The notes under the pieces were generated by a model. The model was not told the origin of the DNA. It was given only the letters and a program-made list of their open reading frames with translations, and made no database searches. Of a stretch of DNA of 50,726 bases, positions 1 to 7,862 are shown piece after piece. The translations under genes were made by a program, and so were the position numbers. The stretch is taken from positions 1 to 50,726 of IMG/VR virus record IMGVR_UViG_3300037234_000187, one strand, 5' to 3'. This DNA is from a virus (Duplodnaviria; Caudoviricetes). The first letter of the stretch is position 1, and each line of letters opens with the position of its first letter.

Positions 1-80
1 ATTTGTTGTTTTTTATTTAGATAAATATTCAATTAGTTTCTCCAGTTTTTAAATGCCTAACGGCATAGCCAATTAACAAA

Positions 81-137
81 CGCTAACAACACCTAAAAAC
101 AAGCCTACGGCCTGTGTTTAGCTGCCAAGCGTTAGGG
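81..137 (+). repeat. attC-like site 1 (57 bp)
   Basis: CGCTAAC aacacc taaaaacaagcc tac ggcctgtgttta gctgccaagc GTTAGGG; R''/R' boxes plus internal palindrome; 84-134 identical to 635-685. Confidence 0.85.
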
Positions 138-320
138 TTAATAACCCTGCCAATGCCAACCATCTGGTTCTTTTCCTGTTGTATGATACACCCAGTAGGC
201 TTTTAATGTGTTTCTATAGGTTTCATCGTCATCCTGCGTAAACACCCAATCTAAAGTAACTAATGGTATTTCAGTCAAAAAGAAGAAAATCCCCGCAAAA
301 AATCTTATTTTCTTTCTCAT
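138..320 (-). CDS. Cassette-encoded hypothetical protein with N-terminal hydrophobic segment
   Basis: 60 aa; RBS GAGG upstream; stop directly abuts the att site. Confidence 0.7.
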   Translation of the reverse strand: MRKKIRFFAGIFFFLTEIPLVTLDWVFTQDDDETYRNTLKAYWVYHTTGKEPDGWHWQGY

Positions 321-345
321 AAATTCCTCGTTAAAAATTTACTAA

Positions 346-425
346 CCCTAACAACACCTAAAAACAATTTGCCTCAATCCGATTATGGGGTACTGCAAAC
401 TGTGCCTAGCTGCCCAGCGTTATGT
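346..425 (+). repeat. attC-like site 2 (80 bp, longer central variable part)
   Basis: CCCTAAC aacacc taaaaacaatttgc...gcaaactgtgccta gctgcccagc GTTATGT. Confidence 0.85.
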
Positions 426-605
426 GCAATTCTGATTTAGTGCTTTGCATATTAATTCTGCATCTTCTTTTTCAAACGCTTCGCAAACTGGCTTTTTCCA
501 ATAATCACCATAAGTCTCCTTACCTTCTTTAGTGTCAACTACCGTATATTCAAAACAGCAATGGCTAGACGAACTTTCTTCTAATATTATATATCTTTCA
601 GTCAT
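420..605 (-). CDS. Cassette-encoded hypothetical protein (SHCCF...VCE..F...C.ALN motif, phage-like)
   Basis: 61 aa; its TAA stop lies inside the GTTA core of the att site; RBS AAGGT upstream. Confidence 0.75.
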   Translation of the reverse strand: MTERYIILEESSSSHCCFEYTVVDTKEGKETYGDYWKKPVCEAFEKEDAELICKALNQNCT

Positions 606-631
606 TGATTACCTTTATTTTAATGAACTGC

Positions 632-688
632 ACATAACAACACCTAAAAACAAGCCTACGGCCTGTGTTTAGCTGCCAAGCGTTATGG
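632..688 (+). repeat. attC-like site 3 (57 bp)
   Basis: ACATAAC...GTTATGG; 51-bp core identical to site 1. Confidence 0.85.
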
Positions 689-689
689 T

Positions 690-857
690 TTATTTCCCCA
701 ATGCTTTTAAACTACTAACAATAGGAACTAATGCCCTAAGTAGTTGCTTGTCTTTTTCTAAAGATTCCTTCAATTCTTTTGGGTAATGCTTATTTATTAC
801 AATTTCCCTTGCCATACAACGCAATCTATCTACGGCATCATCTACATCTATTTTCAT
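690..857 (-). CDS. Cassette-encoded hypothetical protein
   Basis: ORF 690..881; ATG at 857 preceded by GAGGA is the more likely start (55 aa). Confidence 0.7.
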   Translation of the reverse strand: MKIDVDDAVDRLRCMAREIVINKHYPKELKESLEKDKQLLRALVPIVSSLKALGK

Positions 858-882
858 AGTATCCTCAATTACGCCCAACAAA

Positions 883-930
883 CCATAACAGCACCTAAAA
901 ACAATACTTCGTACTGTTCCTAGGTATTAA
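883..930 (+). repeat. Truncated terminal attC-like site (R'' box and hairpin present, GTT box absent)
   Basis: CCATAAC agcacctaaaaacaatac ttc gtactgttcctaggt, then diverges into the thioredoxin 3' end. Confidence 0.7.
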
Positions 931-934
931 TATA

Positions 935-1201
935 CTAACTACTCATCGCTTTGGCAAGGTTTAAATAGGTTATCTTCTGTTGGGTACCGACTAGGTGTTG
1001 GTCTTCCCTACCATCTGCTTGAAAAACCACCACGGGTATTGAGCTTATACCGACCTCAGCTATCAGATCCTCGTACATTCCCGGGTGGTCGATGTCTACG
1101 TTGATGTAGTCTGCCCCAACCTCCTTGGACACAGACTGGAGCAAAGGCTCCACCATGTGACAGGGCTGGCACCACTCGGCACCTAATTTAATTATTTTCA
1201 T
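935..1201 (-). CDS. Thioredoxin
   Basis: GAEWCQPC active site, VDID, SIP motif. Confidence 0.92.
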   Translation of the reverse strand: MKIIKLGAEWCQPCHMVEPLLQSVSKEVGADYINVDIDHPGMYEDLIAEVGISSIPVVVFQADGREDQHLVGTQQKITYLNLAKAMSS

Positions 1202-2478
1202 GCTGTATATCCTTCAGCCATATCATTCGATGCGGCCCGTTTCCCTAATTGTTCGTCTTCGATTAATTTACTCAATGTCTCGGGGTCATTCTCATCCACA
1301 CCAAAATTCACCGCAGTGTATTTAGCCTCACCCACCTTAAGATTCTCAAGTGCGAGCTTGCAATTTTCTTGAACCTGTGCGGGGGCTGATCCTAGGTGCA
1401 TCATAGTGTAGTTTAAGTAATATGAGTCGAACATCTGGTGTTCCACCAAGAAGCTGTGTGTACCTTCCAGGCCCAGTTCATCATATTTTTTAATCAACCA
1501 CTTAGCATTCTTTTTACCCTTGGCCTTCTTCAACTCTTGGTCTAGTGTGTTCGGTCCATCCCATTTAATTTCCCCGAAGCGCATGATCTTCCCATCATTG
1601 ATTGTGACAGGTGGGATATTATCCGATGTGTCACCCATTAACATCTTGGCCAGAAAATGGATCTCAGCTATTCGCTGGTCCTTCCTAACCCAAGTCATAT
1701 TTGAGCAATCGAATCTAGAAACGAACAAACCGTTCAGCATTTCTTGATCCATATCTTGGTCAGTTGTGGCCATCACTACCGTCATTTCTGGATTAGCCTT
1801 AACGCAAGCATGGGCAATGTCATCAAATTCGGACCACTCAGCTTCTACAGTCGGTACACCAAAATGGTCTGCCAAATTATAGGTTAGCTTTCTGGCCATA
1901 TCTTTGAACTCACGGAATGGTGTGTAGAAATCACTTTCCCACTTATCCCGCCGTTGGCCCTTATATTTGATCAGTGCATAGATTTCTTCCCACTCTGGGC
2001 ATTCTGTGTAGAGATTTTTGAATACCGTTCCACCGCAGTGATCTATAAACCATTGTGGTGTGGCCCCATCTTGCCCGAATCCTACCCAGTTCTCCGTATC
2101 GTCTACATCCATGATTTTCTTTTCTGCAGTCTTCAGTGCCCGTTTAGTCCACCCCTTCTCGGCTAGTTTCTCGATGGCGATGAAGTGATTCCCAATATCG
2201 ATGTAGTATAGTGCCGAGTGGATATTTCGGTAGAACTTATAGTGGTTCTTTATGTGGTTTTCCATGAACGCACTACGCCACTCTTTAGAATCCAGCCCCA
2301 TGATAATCTTAGCACCTCGGAACCTGTGGATTAGGTAGTTCATTTTGTGGTACATATTGATGGCGAATTGCTTCGCCTCCAAATGTGTCGTGTTGGTCCC
2401 TTCATCTTTAGACTTCATACTGTACATGGCTTGATACCAAAATACAGACATGTCTAGTAGAAAAATTACGTTATTCAT
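1198..2478 (-). CDS. 5'-3' exonuclease / flap endonuclease (T4 RNase H / T5 D15-like)
   Basis: FLLDMS, KYKGQR, EFDDIA, TTDQDMDQ and H3TH motif LMGDTSDNIP; likely start ATG 2478 (ORF track 2577). Confidence 0.85.
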   Translation of the reverse strand: MNNVIFLLDMSVFWYQAMYSMKSKDEGTNTTHLEAKQFAINMYHKMNYLIHRFRGAKIIMGLDSKEWRSAFMENHIKNHYKFYRNIHSALYYIDIGNHFIAIEKLAEKGWTKRALKTAEKKIMDVDDTENWVGFGQDGATPQWFIDHCGGTVFKNLYTECPEWEEIYALIKYKGQRRDKWESDFYTPFREFKDMARKLTYNLADHFGVPTVEAEWSEFDDIAHACVKANPEMTVVMATTDQDMDQEMLNGLFVSRFDCSNMTWVRKDQRIAEIHFLAKMLMGDTSDNIPPVTINDGKIMRFGEIKWDGPNTLDQELKKAKGKKNAKWLIKKYDELGLEGTHSFLVEHQMFDSYYLNYTMMHLGSAPAQVQENCKLALENLKVGEAKYTAVNFGVDENDPETLSKLIEDEQLGKRAASNDMAEGYTA

Positions 2479-2479
2479 A

Positions 2480-2647
2480 TCAATACCACCCTTCGGTATT
2501 TCCAATCCACTTACCTGACTTGAGGCAGATGAACCCCCTGTCCAACACCTTGATAACCTTGTCTTGGCGTACACCACCTTCTTGGTTATTGACTAGCTGT
2601 CCCTCTTTTGGGAAGAACTTTTGCTGAGATTGCTCATTTGTATTCAT
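2480..2647 (-). CDS. Small hypothetical protein (MNTNEQSQQKFFPKEGQLV...EGWY, 55 aa)
   Basis: Read manually; fills the gap between two co-oriented genes; GGAG upstream. Confidence 0.5.
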   Translation of the reverse strand: MNTNEQSQQKFFPKEGQLVNNQEGGVRQDKVIKVLDRGFICLKSGKWIGNTEGWY

Positions 2648-3257
2648 CATTGACTCCTTTGAACACCAACTCTGGGTGATCTAATTGTTTCTTGAGTTCC
2701 TTACAGAATTCCTTCCAATTGTCCAATCTGTGATTCTCACGTTGACGTACAATGTTCTGAAGCGTCATGTATGAAACTTTCCATACACGCTTCTGTTGCA
2801 GGCTCTCCAGTAACCCCATCTTGGCAATTTTAATACCGCGAGCACCTTGGATATTATCTACAGCACATTTGAAGAACTCTGCAGATTGCTGCTGCATACG
2901 TACCAGCATGTCTAGGAAGTTTACTTCTACTTTACTTTCAGGTGTAAATGTTTCAAACTCCAATTTCTGCTTGTGCATTGTAGATTCACTCTGCTTGGTG
3001 GTCAGGCGGTATGTATCTGCCTCAGACCAGAAATAGCGTGTCTCATCCACGAGCAGCCAAACATCCATAGACTCTAGGAACTTGTTGTGACCGTTGCCTT
3101 TGAATGCTAGGGTTCGGGATACCTTGGCCATATCCATACATAGCTCATTGAAGTTGCTGAAGTCCGTGAAACTCATATTAGATGTTTTCCCGTGTGACAA
3201 CCCTAGGCCGTATAATGCCTCTAGGTGTCCACGTTCGCTGATTTTAACTACTGGCAT
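2634..3257 (-). CDS. Divergent ThyX-like (flavin-dependent thymidylate synthase fold) phage protein
   Basis: GHNKFL, RYFWSEADTYR, SESTMH, YMTLQNIVRQRENHRLDNWKEFC pattern typical of phage ThyX-like family; canonical RHR motif absent. Confidence 0.55.
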   Translation of the reverse strand: MPVVKISERGHLEALYGLGLSHGKTSNMSFTDFSNFNELCMDMAKVSRTLAFKGNGHNKFLESMDVWLLVDETRYFWSEADTYRLTTKQSESTMHKQKLEFETFTPESKVEVNFLDMLVRMQQQSAEFFKCAVDNIQGARGIKIAKMGLLESLQQKRVWKVSYMTLQNIVRQRENHRLDNWKEFCKELKKQLDHPELVFKGVNDEYK

Positions 3258-4471
3258 ACCAAGATTCCTTCAGTTATCAATACTTCATCTACTTCCACAT
3301 CTGCTACATTTCTATGTACACGGGAGGATAGGACTTGAATTCCACGGTCGTTGAACGCCTTAACTGCCTGTGCTTTGTGATCAACGGACATATGTTCTGT
3401 CCTATCCATACGTACCACCTTTAGAACAGCTTTTGCTACCTTATTAGCCACTAGTGCACAACAGACCAATGATATGACAGAGTTGCCAGACTGCTCCAGA
3501 GGTAGACCGTTGTAAAGTACATCACCATCCCCGAAATCAAGACCAGGAAGAGGCATACCAGCTGCCTCAATAGCGACTCTTTTTTCCTCAGTAATATCTT
3601 GGACGGACTCGTTCGCTCCGAACCAATCACGATACGCTTCATCTGAAGTTTCTTTTCTGGTTTCCCATGATACATATTCTGCCGCCTTTGCGTTAGTTTC
3701 TTTGGCATTATCCAATTGTGTGGCCATTTCAGTTGTGCCCACGAGTTCTTGGGTAGCCAGCCAAGCATCTGAATCGACTATGAATTTTTCTTGCTTTTCT
3801 AGTTCAAGTTTAAGCTTCATTACCGCTTCGGATGCACTAGATACGTTGGTCTTAGTTGCGAGGATTACGGAGTTAGCCTCTTCCGCAGCATTGTACTGAT
3901 TGCTCAGTTCCAGAATGTCGATCTCTTTAACCTGGTCTGGTTCGGCCCCTACTTGTTTCTCAGCGAAATCCTTGGTAGTGTTTTTCTGAGTACGTAGTTC
4001 ACGGGCATCTTTCAATCGGGAATTGATGTCATTAATATCCACACCTTCTTGGAAGTTCACACATTCCTGAAGGGCTTCAAGTCGGGCTAGTGGTTTCATA
4101 TCCGCAATATCTTGTGGATTCTTTGCTAGGGATTCAAACCACTTCTTAAACGCAGCAGCTGTGATTTTAGTGCCATCGTCCGTGGTGATCTTGATTGTAC
4201 TGGTCTTAGCCGTGATTGTACGCTCCGCGAATACTTTCTTACCATTGATGGGGTCTTTAAGTATTACACGTAGTTTGGCCTTACCCTGTCCCTTCTTAAT
4301 GGGGTCTGAGGCAGTTTGTACAATTTCCCACAGTAGTGAGATCAAAGTAGTCTTACCCCCGTCAGGCATACCTACGACGTGTAGGTTGTTGCCACGGATC
4401 TGAAGATTAAGCGACTCGAAAATACGGTAGTTCTCGGCCTCAATCTTATCAATTACATATTGGTTTTCCAT
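3248..4471 (-). CDS. SMC/SbcC/RecF-like ABC ATPase with coiled coil
   Basis: N-terminal IEAENYR, Walker A GMPDGGKTT, long coiled coil, signature-like LEQSG and Walker B VRMD. Confidence 0.75.
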   Translation of the reverse strand: MENQYVIDKIEAENYRIFESLNLQIRGNNLHVVGMPDGGKTTLISLLWEIVQTASDPIKKGQGKAKLRVILKDPINGKKVFAERTITAKTSTIKITTDDGTKITAAAFKKWFESLAKNPQDIADMKPLARLEALQECVNFQEGVDINDINSRLKDARELRTQKNTTKDFAEKQVGAEPDQVKEIDILELSNQYNAAEEANSVILATKTNVSSASEAVMKLKLELEKQEKFIVDSDAWLATQELVGTTEMATQLDNAKETNAKAAEYVSWETRKETSDEAYRDWFGANESVQDITEEKRVAIEAAGMPLPGLDFGDGDVLYNGLPLEQSGNSVISLVCCALVANKVAKAVLKVVRMDRTEHMSVDHKAQAVKAFNDRGIQVLSSRVHRNVADVEVDEVLITEGILVCQ

Positions 4472-4481
4472 TTTATTGTTC

Positions 4482-4958
4482 CTAGTTTAAGTGTTTTGCG
4501 ATTACGCTTTCGATGTCTGGTGCCATAAAGTCGGCAGGTTTCAGAACTTTACCTTCATCACTAATTGCAAATGGTTTACCATCCGAATCAAGTTTAGATA
4601 GGTTGGCACGGGCTACTTCAGAGAAACACTCATCGAAAGGAATGTTCTTCCGTGCGGCAGTATCCATGATGTAGTATGACGCATCCACCAAGGTATCGGC
4701 TTGTTCTGCGATTAACCTTAGGTCCACCCTATCACCAGTTGTCAGGTAATTGATATTGTCAGCCAGGTCTGCCATGAAAGCTACACGCTCTATGAAAGTA
4801 TGTGTAGTACATAGCAATTCCATCATTTCATCCATCACCATCTTAGTGATAAATTCTGTCTCAGCCTTGGTCATCACTGTCGGATTTAATGGGATAGCCC
4901 CACCCTTGGCCTCAACTGCTGCTTTGGAGAATGTCTTTACTTTATCGAAATTTGTCAT
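4482..4958 (-). CDS. MazG-like (PRA-PH/DR2231-type) nucleoside triphosphate pyrophosphohydrolase
   Basis: DEMMEL, EQADTLVD..Y, EVARANLSK, GKVLKP..F..P motifs. Confidence 0.85.
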   Translation of the reverse strand: MTNFDKVKTFSKAAVEAKGGAIPLNPTVMTKAETEFITKMVMDEMMELLCTTHTFIERVAFMADLADNINYLTTGDRVDLRLIAEQADTLVDASYYIMDTAARKNIPFDECFSEVARANLSKLDSDGKPFAISDEGKVLKPADFMAPDIESVIAKHLN

Positions 4959-4974
4959 CTCTATTGTTCCTTGT

Positions 4975-5235
4975 TTAATGTTGGTTTTCTAATTTCTCGT
5001 TAATGGCATCCGATATAAATTTGGCTACATCATCCTGAAATTTCTCAGCATTTTTAAACCCCTTACCACTAAATTTCCCAGAGTTGCTTAGGAATAGTTT
5101 TTGAATCCGTCCCCATCCCCTCATATCTAGGAGCATTTGTAAGCCTTCGGATTCTGTATCAGAGAAGAAGATACCCGAACCCTGATCGAATACCACCTTA
5201 CCTATGAAGGTTGTGATCTGTTTATTGTCTGACAT
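4975..5235 (-). CDS. Hypothetical phage protein
   Basis: 86 aa, own promoter and RBS; DMRGWGRIQ motif. Confidence 0.75.
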   Translation of the reverse strand: MSDNKQITTFIGKVVFDQGSGIFFSDTESEGLQMLLDMRGWGRIQKLFLSNSGKFSGKGFKNAEKFQDDVAKFISDAINEKLENQH

Positions 5236-5267
5236 GTATATATCCTTGTTTAATTTGACTTGTTTTA

Positions 5268-5296
5268 AATATATAACAAAACCCCCTGCATTGCAA
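5268..5296 (-). promoter_or_regulatory. Sigma70-like promoter
   Basis: TTGCAA-17-TATATT. Confidence 0.65.
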
Positions 5297-5303
5297 GGGG
5301 TTT
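5278..5303 (-). terminator. Rho-independent terminator hairpin overlapping the -35 box
   Basis: AAACCCC ttgc aat gcag GGGGTTTT downstream of ORF 5332..6093. Confidence 0.6.
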
Positions 5304-5331
5304 ATTGATTATTTTATTTATTGTTTGATTA

Positions 5332-6093
5332 TTAGCCGTTGAAGCCACCCATTCCAGACTGTGCTGGTGGTTCAGGTGGCCCACCCTGTGGCGTTGTCGG
5401 CTGGTTGAAAGCCTGAGCAGGTGGGGATTCTTGCTGTGGGGGTTGCTGTGCCTGTGGAGCCGCTTGCTGAACTGGAGCTTCTTGCTGTTGTTGGGCTGGA
5501 GCTTGTGCTACGATTACCCGTGGCCAGTCCTGTGCCCACAATTTACGTGGGGCTTCTTCACTCTTGTCCCACTTGCCAGTTTGATCATTCTTTTTACTAC
5601 CTTGGGCAATATCGAATTCAACGAAGAGTGCAGTTGCGCCATTTACAATAGACTGTAACAATCTGTTAAGAGTTGCATATCCTGGATCTACGTCAACATA
5701 TAGACTCCCATCCGGTGTCATCGGTAGGACCGAGAGATCAGCACCAGCCGCAGCTAGATCCGTGATCAATTCTAGGTTCATACCCTTGTTGACTTTTGGA
5801 TTTACATTACCATCTTTGAAAGTTGGATTGAATCCGTAGTAGGTTTTAAATGAACGACCTAATTCCAACACAATCTTGTTCATAATTTCGTTGTGTTCTG
5901 CTGGCCATTCAGTTGGAATAAATTCCGCTACCGTCTGGAAAGCTGTCTTGTCTCGGTTAAGACTTACGTGTAATTTTGTAAGCTTGGCTTTCACACCCTT
6001 ACAAATTGGCCACTTCACCTTTCTTGCTTCACGATCCGCTTCACGTTGTGTTGCATTTGCTTGGGCTTGTGCCCCGTATCCATTATCAGTCAT
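5332..6093 (-). CDS. Putative single-stranded DNA-binding protein
   Basis: Beta-rich N-terminal domain with long Q/P/A-rich tail ending GMGGFNG; located in replication/recombination operon (inference). Confidence 0.5.
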   Translation of the reverse strand: MTDNGYGAQAQANATQREADREARKVKWPICKGVKAKLTKLHVSLNRDKTAFQTVAEFIPTEWPAEHNEIMNKIVLELGRSFKTYYGFNPTFKDGNVNPKVNKGMNLELITDLAAAGADLSVLPMTPDGSLYVDVDPGYATLNRLLQSIVNGATALFVEFDIAQGSKKNDQTGKWDKSEEAPRKLWAQDWPRVIVAQAPAQQQQEAPVQQAAPQAQQPPQQESPPAQAFNQPTTPQGGPPEPPAQSGMGGFNG

Positions 6094-6104
6094 TATGACT
6101 CCTT

Positions 6105-7361
6105 TTAGATTGTTATCTGGAATATTGTTTTTTGTTCTTTTGTTTTGTCTACTGATTTTGAGTTATATGCTTCGAGCTTTTCTTCTATATCGTAGCTATC
6201 CTCATCGCAGTTTTGTAAATCGACACCAATGACCAGTCGATCAATTTTGCCGAAAACTATTAGGTTTTGACTAGCCCTTCCAGCTAGGTTAAGTTTCTTA
6301 TCTGAGTAGGCATTTGACCCAGCCAAAGAGGAAGATCTTGCCGACATGTCCCCATTGTGCATTGCATGAATGTGGCCAGCAATAATAAAGTCAATGATTA
6401 CCCTTAATTGTGTACTGATCCTACCTAGTGTTGATTGGGTATTCTTCTGGTTATTACTTTGTCCAGAGAAATCATGGGACATGAATACCTTCTGACTCCA
6501 ACCCTCACCGCCAATATCTACTACAGTCTCTACGGTATCGTAGGATATGAAGTTGATACCTTCAAGCTCACCTAGCACCTGATCCAACATAGCCATAATC
6601 ATAAAATCATAACTATTGGACAAAGAATGATCCCCGTAGGTCATCTCTTGATCTGATCTGGACTCATTACCCAGTACTGACACAATGTCCAGTTTGAAAT
6701 CATGTGCCAAATCTAATATCACCTGTTTCAATAGATGTACTGACAATATACAGGCTTTACCCCGATTATTTGCCTGGGAAAGTAACTCATCTAATCTGCG
6801 GTCCGAGTTTAGTAAATCACCCGTAACGGCCAAGACCACTTTCGTTATTCCGTATGCCTTAAAGATACGCTTGGCATGTTTGACGAATTTCTTCAATCTA
6901 CGTGCGGCTACCTTGAAGTCATATTTATTGTAAGGTAGGTCAATCAATTCATTAAAGTGTGGATCGGTAATCTGTAACAGTCCAATGAACTCACCATCTT
7001 TCTTAACTATGGTGGGCTTGAACTTCTTACCAAGGATCTTACCGTATTTCTTGAGCTCCTTGTCGATGTTGATTCCCAACTCTTCAATGGCATTCTCTTC
7101 ACGGGCTTGGCTACGGAAACCTTTACGCTCGATACGCTGTAGGTCTTGGGACTTCTGTAGGCTCTTCCCTAGTCTAACATTTGCAGTTAGGATGTCGCTG
7201 AAATCTTCTATGGAAATCATGTTCTGTTTCCGACACTCTCTAATGTATCGCTTTACTGAGCTTACCGATATATTCAATTGGGACGCTGCCTTAGCATAAT
7301 CCCAGTCACATTTATCCGCTACATTTAATATTTCCTGTAGCCTCTGCGGTGTTATCCTCAA
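6105..7361 (-). CDS. HTH + calcineurin-like metallophosphoesterase
   Basis: N-terminal HTH (YAKAASQLNISVSSVKRY); TDPH, GDLL, LGNE, SH, GHIH motifs. Confidence 0.85.
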   Translation of the reverse strand: MRITPQRLQEILNVADKCDWDYAKAASQLNISVSSVKRYIRECRKQNMISIEDFSDILTANVRLGKSLQKSQDLQRIERKGFRSQAREENAIEELGINIDKELKKYGKILGKKFKPTIVKKDGEFIGLLQITDPHFNELIDLPYNKYDFKVAARRLKKFVKHAKRIFKAYGITKVVLAVTGDLLNSDRRLDELLSQANNRGKACILSVHLLKQVILDLAHDFKLDIVSVLGNESRSDQEMTYGDHSLSNSYDFMIMAMLDQVLGELEGINFISYDTVETVVDIGGEGWSQKVFMSHDFSGQSNNQKNTQSTLGRISTQLRVIIDFIIAGHIHAMHNGDMSARSSSLAGSNAYSDKKLNLAGRASQNLIVFGKIDRLVIGVDLQNCDEDSYDIEEKLEAYNSKSVDKTKEQKTIFQITI

Positions 7362-7539
7362 TTTGAACTCCTAATTTAAAGGTTGTGCCAATTTTAATGT
7401 AAGCTAGGGGCGGTATACATTGCTTAATCTTCCTACCCTGGAAATGTACCATCCAATCCCAATTTGCGATCTTGGTCATGGATGTCGCACTAGGGAATAG
7501 TGTACGTATCGCAGTTTTGTGTAGTGCGGGTAGTCTCAC
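7312..7539 (-). CDS. Hypothetical protein
   Basis: GTG start overlapping the TGA of the upstream gene (GTGA); overlaps the next gene by 50 nt. Confidence 0.4.
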   Translation of the reverse strand: MRLPALHKTAIRTLFPSATSMTKIANWDWMVHFQGRKIKQCIPPLAYIKIGTTFKLGVQIEDNTAEATGNIKCSG

Positions 7540-7838
7540 TTTAACTCTCCATGGATCGCTTTTACGTACGTACCACGGCGGCCACTGGGCCAAAGAATAC
7601 GATTTCTCATCTTTCTGGCTTTCTTTTTCTTGGCTAGACATTTAGATTTGTCTCCAAAGAATACGTTCTCAAATGGATTGGCCTTGATTTCATTGAAGTT
7701 AGATCGTCTTCGCATCTTGATTAGGTTTCGGAACTCCTTGCGCCCAAGTTCTGGGGCTAGTTCGGCACCAAATGTGTAGGCCGATCCCAACATAGCCATA
7801 TCTGCGGCCATTGCGTGTTTGTGTTTGTTCTTTTTCAT
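7536..7838 (-). CDS. Basic hypothetical protein
   Basis: 100 aa, AAGGAG RBS, Lys/Arg-rich. Confidence 0.7.
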   Translation of the reverse strand: MKKNKHKHAMAADMAMLGSAYTFGAELAPELGRKEFRNLIKMRRRSNFNEIKANPFENVFFGDKSKCLAKKKKARKMRNRILWPSGRRGTYVKAIHGELK

Positions 7839-7862
7839 TTGTTCTCCTTTAAGTTTAATTAG

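Larger units (their letters stand above)
81..930 (+). mobile_element. Integron-like gene cassette array (CALIN-like; no integrase in window), at least 3 cassettes, continuing past the left edge
   Basis: Four related imperfect palindromes TAAC-AACACCTAAAAACA...TGT..TAG..GCGTTA separated by single small ORFs. Each cassette is bounded by its own perfect 10-bp inverted repeat: 131-140/343-352, 419-428/629-638, 682-691/880-889. Confidence 0.85.

Noticed and set aside
53-66. GCCTAAC box with mini-hairpin ATGCC-TAAC-GGCAT as a further att site
   Set aside because: No conserved AACACCTAAAAAC arm or GTT box; possibly a remnant, but unsupported.
81-930. Repeat array as a CRISPR locus or simple terminators
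   Set aside because: Spacers are ~200 bp and encode proteins; repeats vary in length, lack U-tracts, and show cassette-specific R-box pairing.
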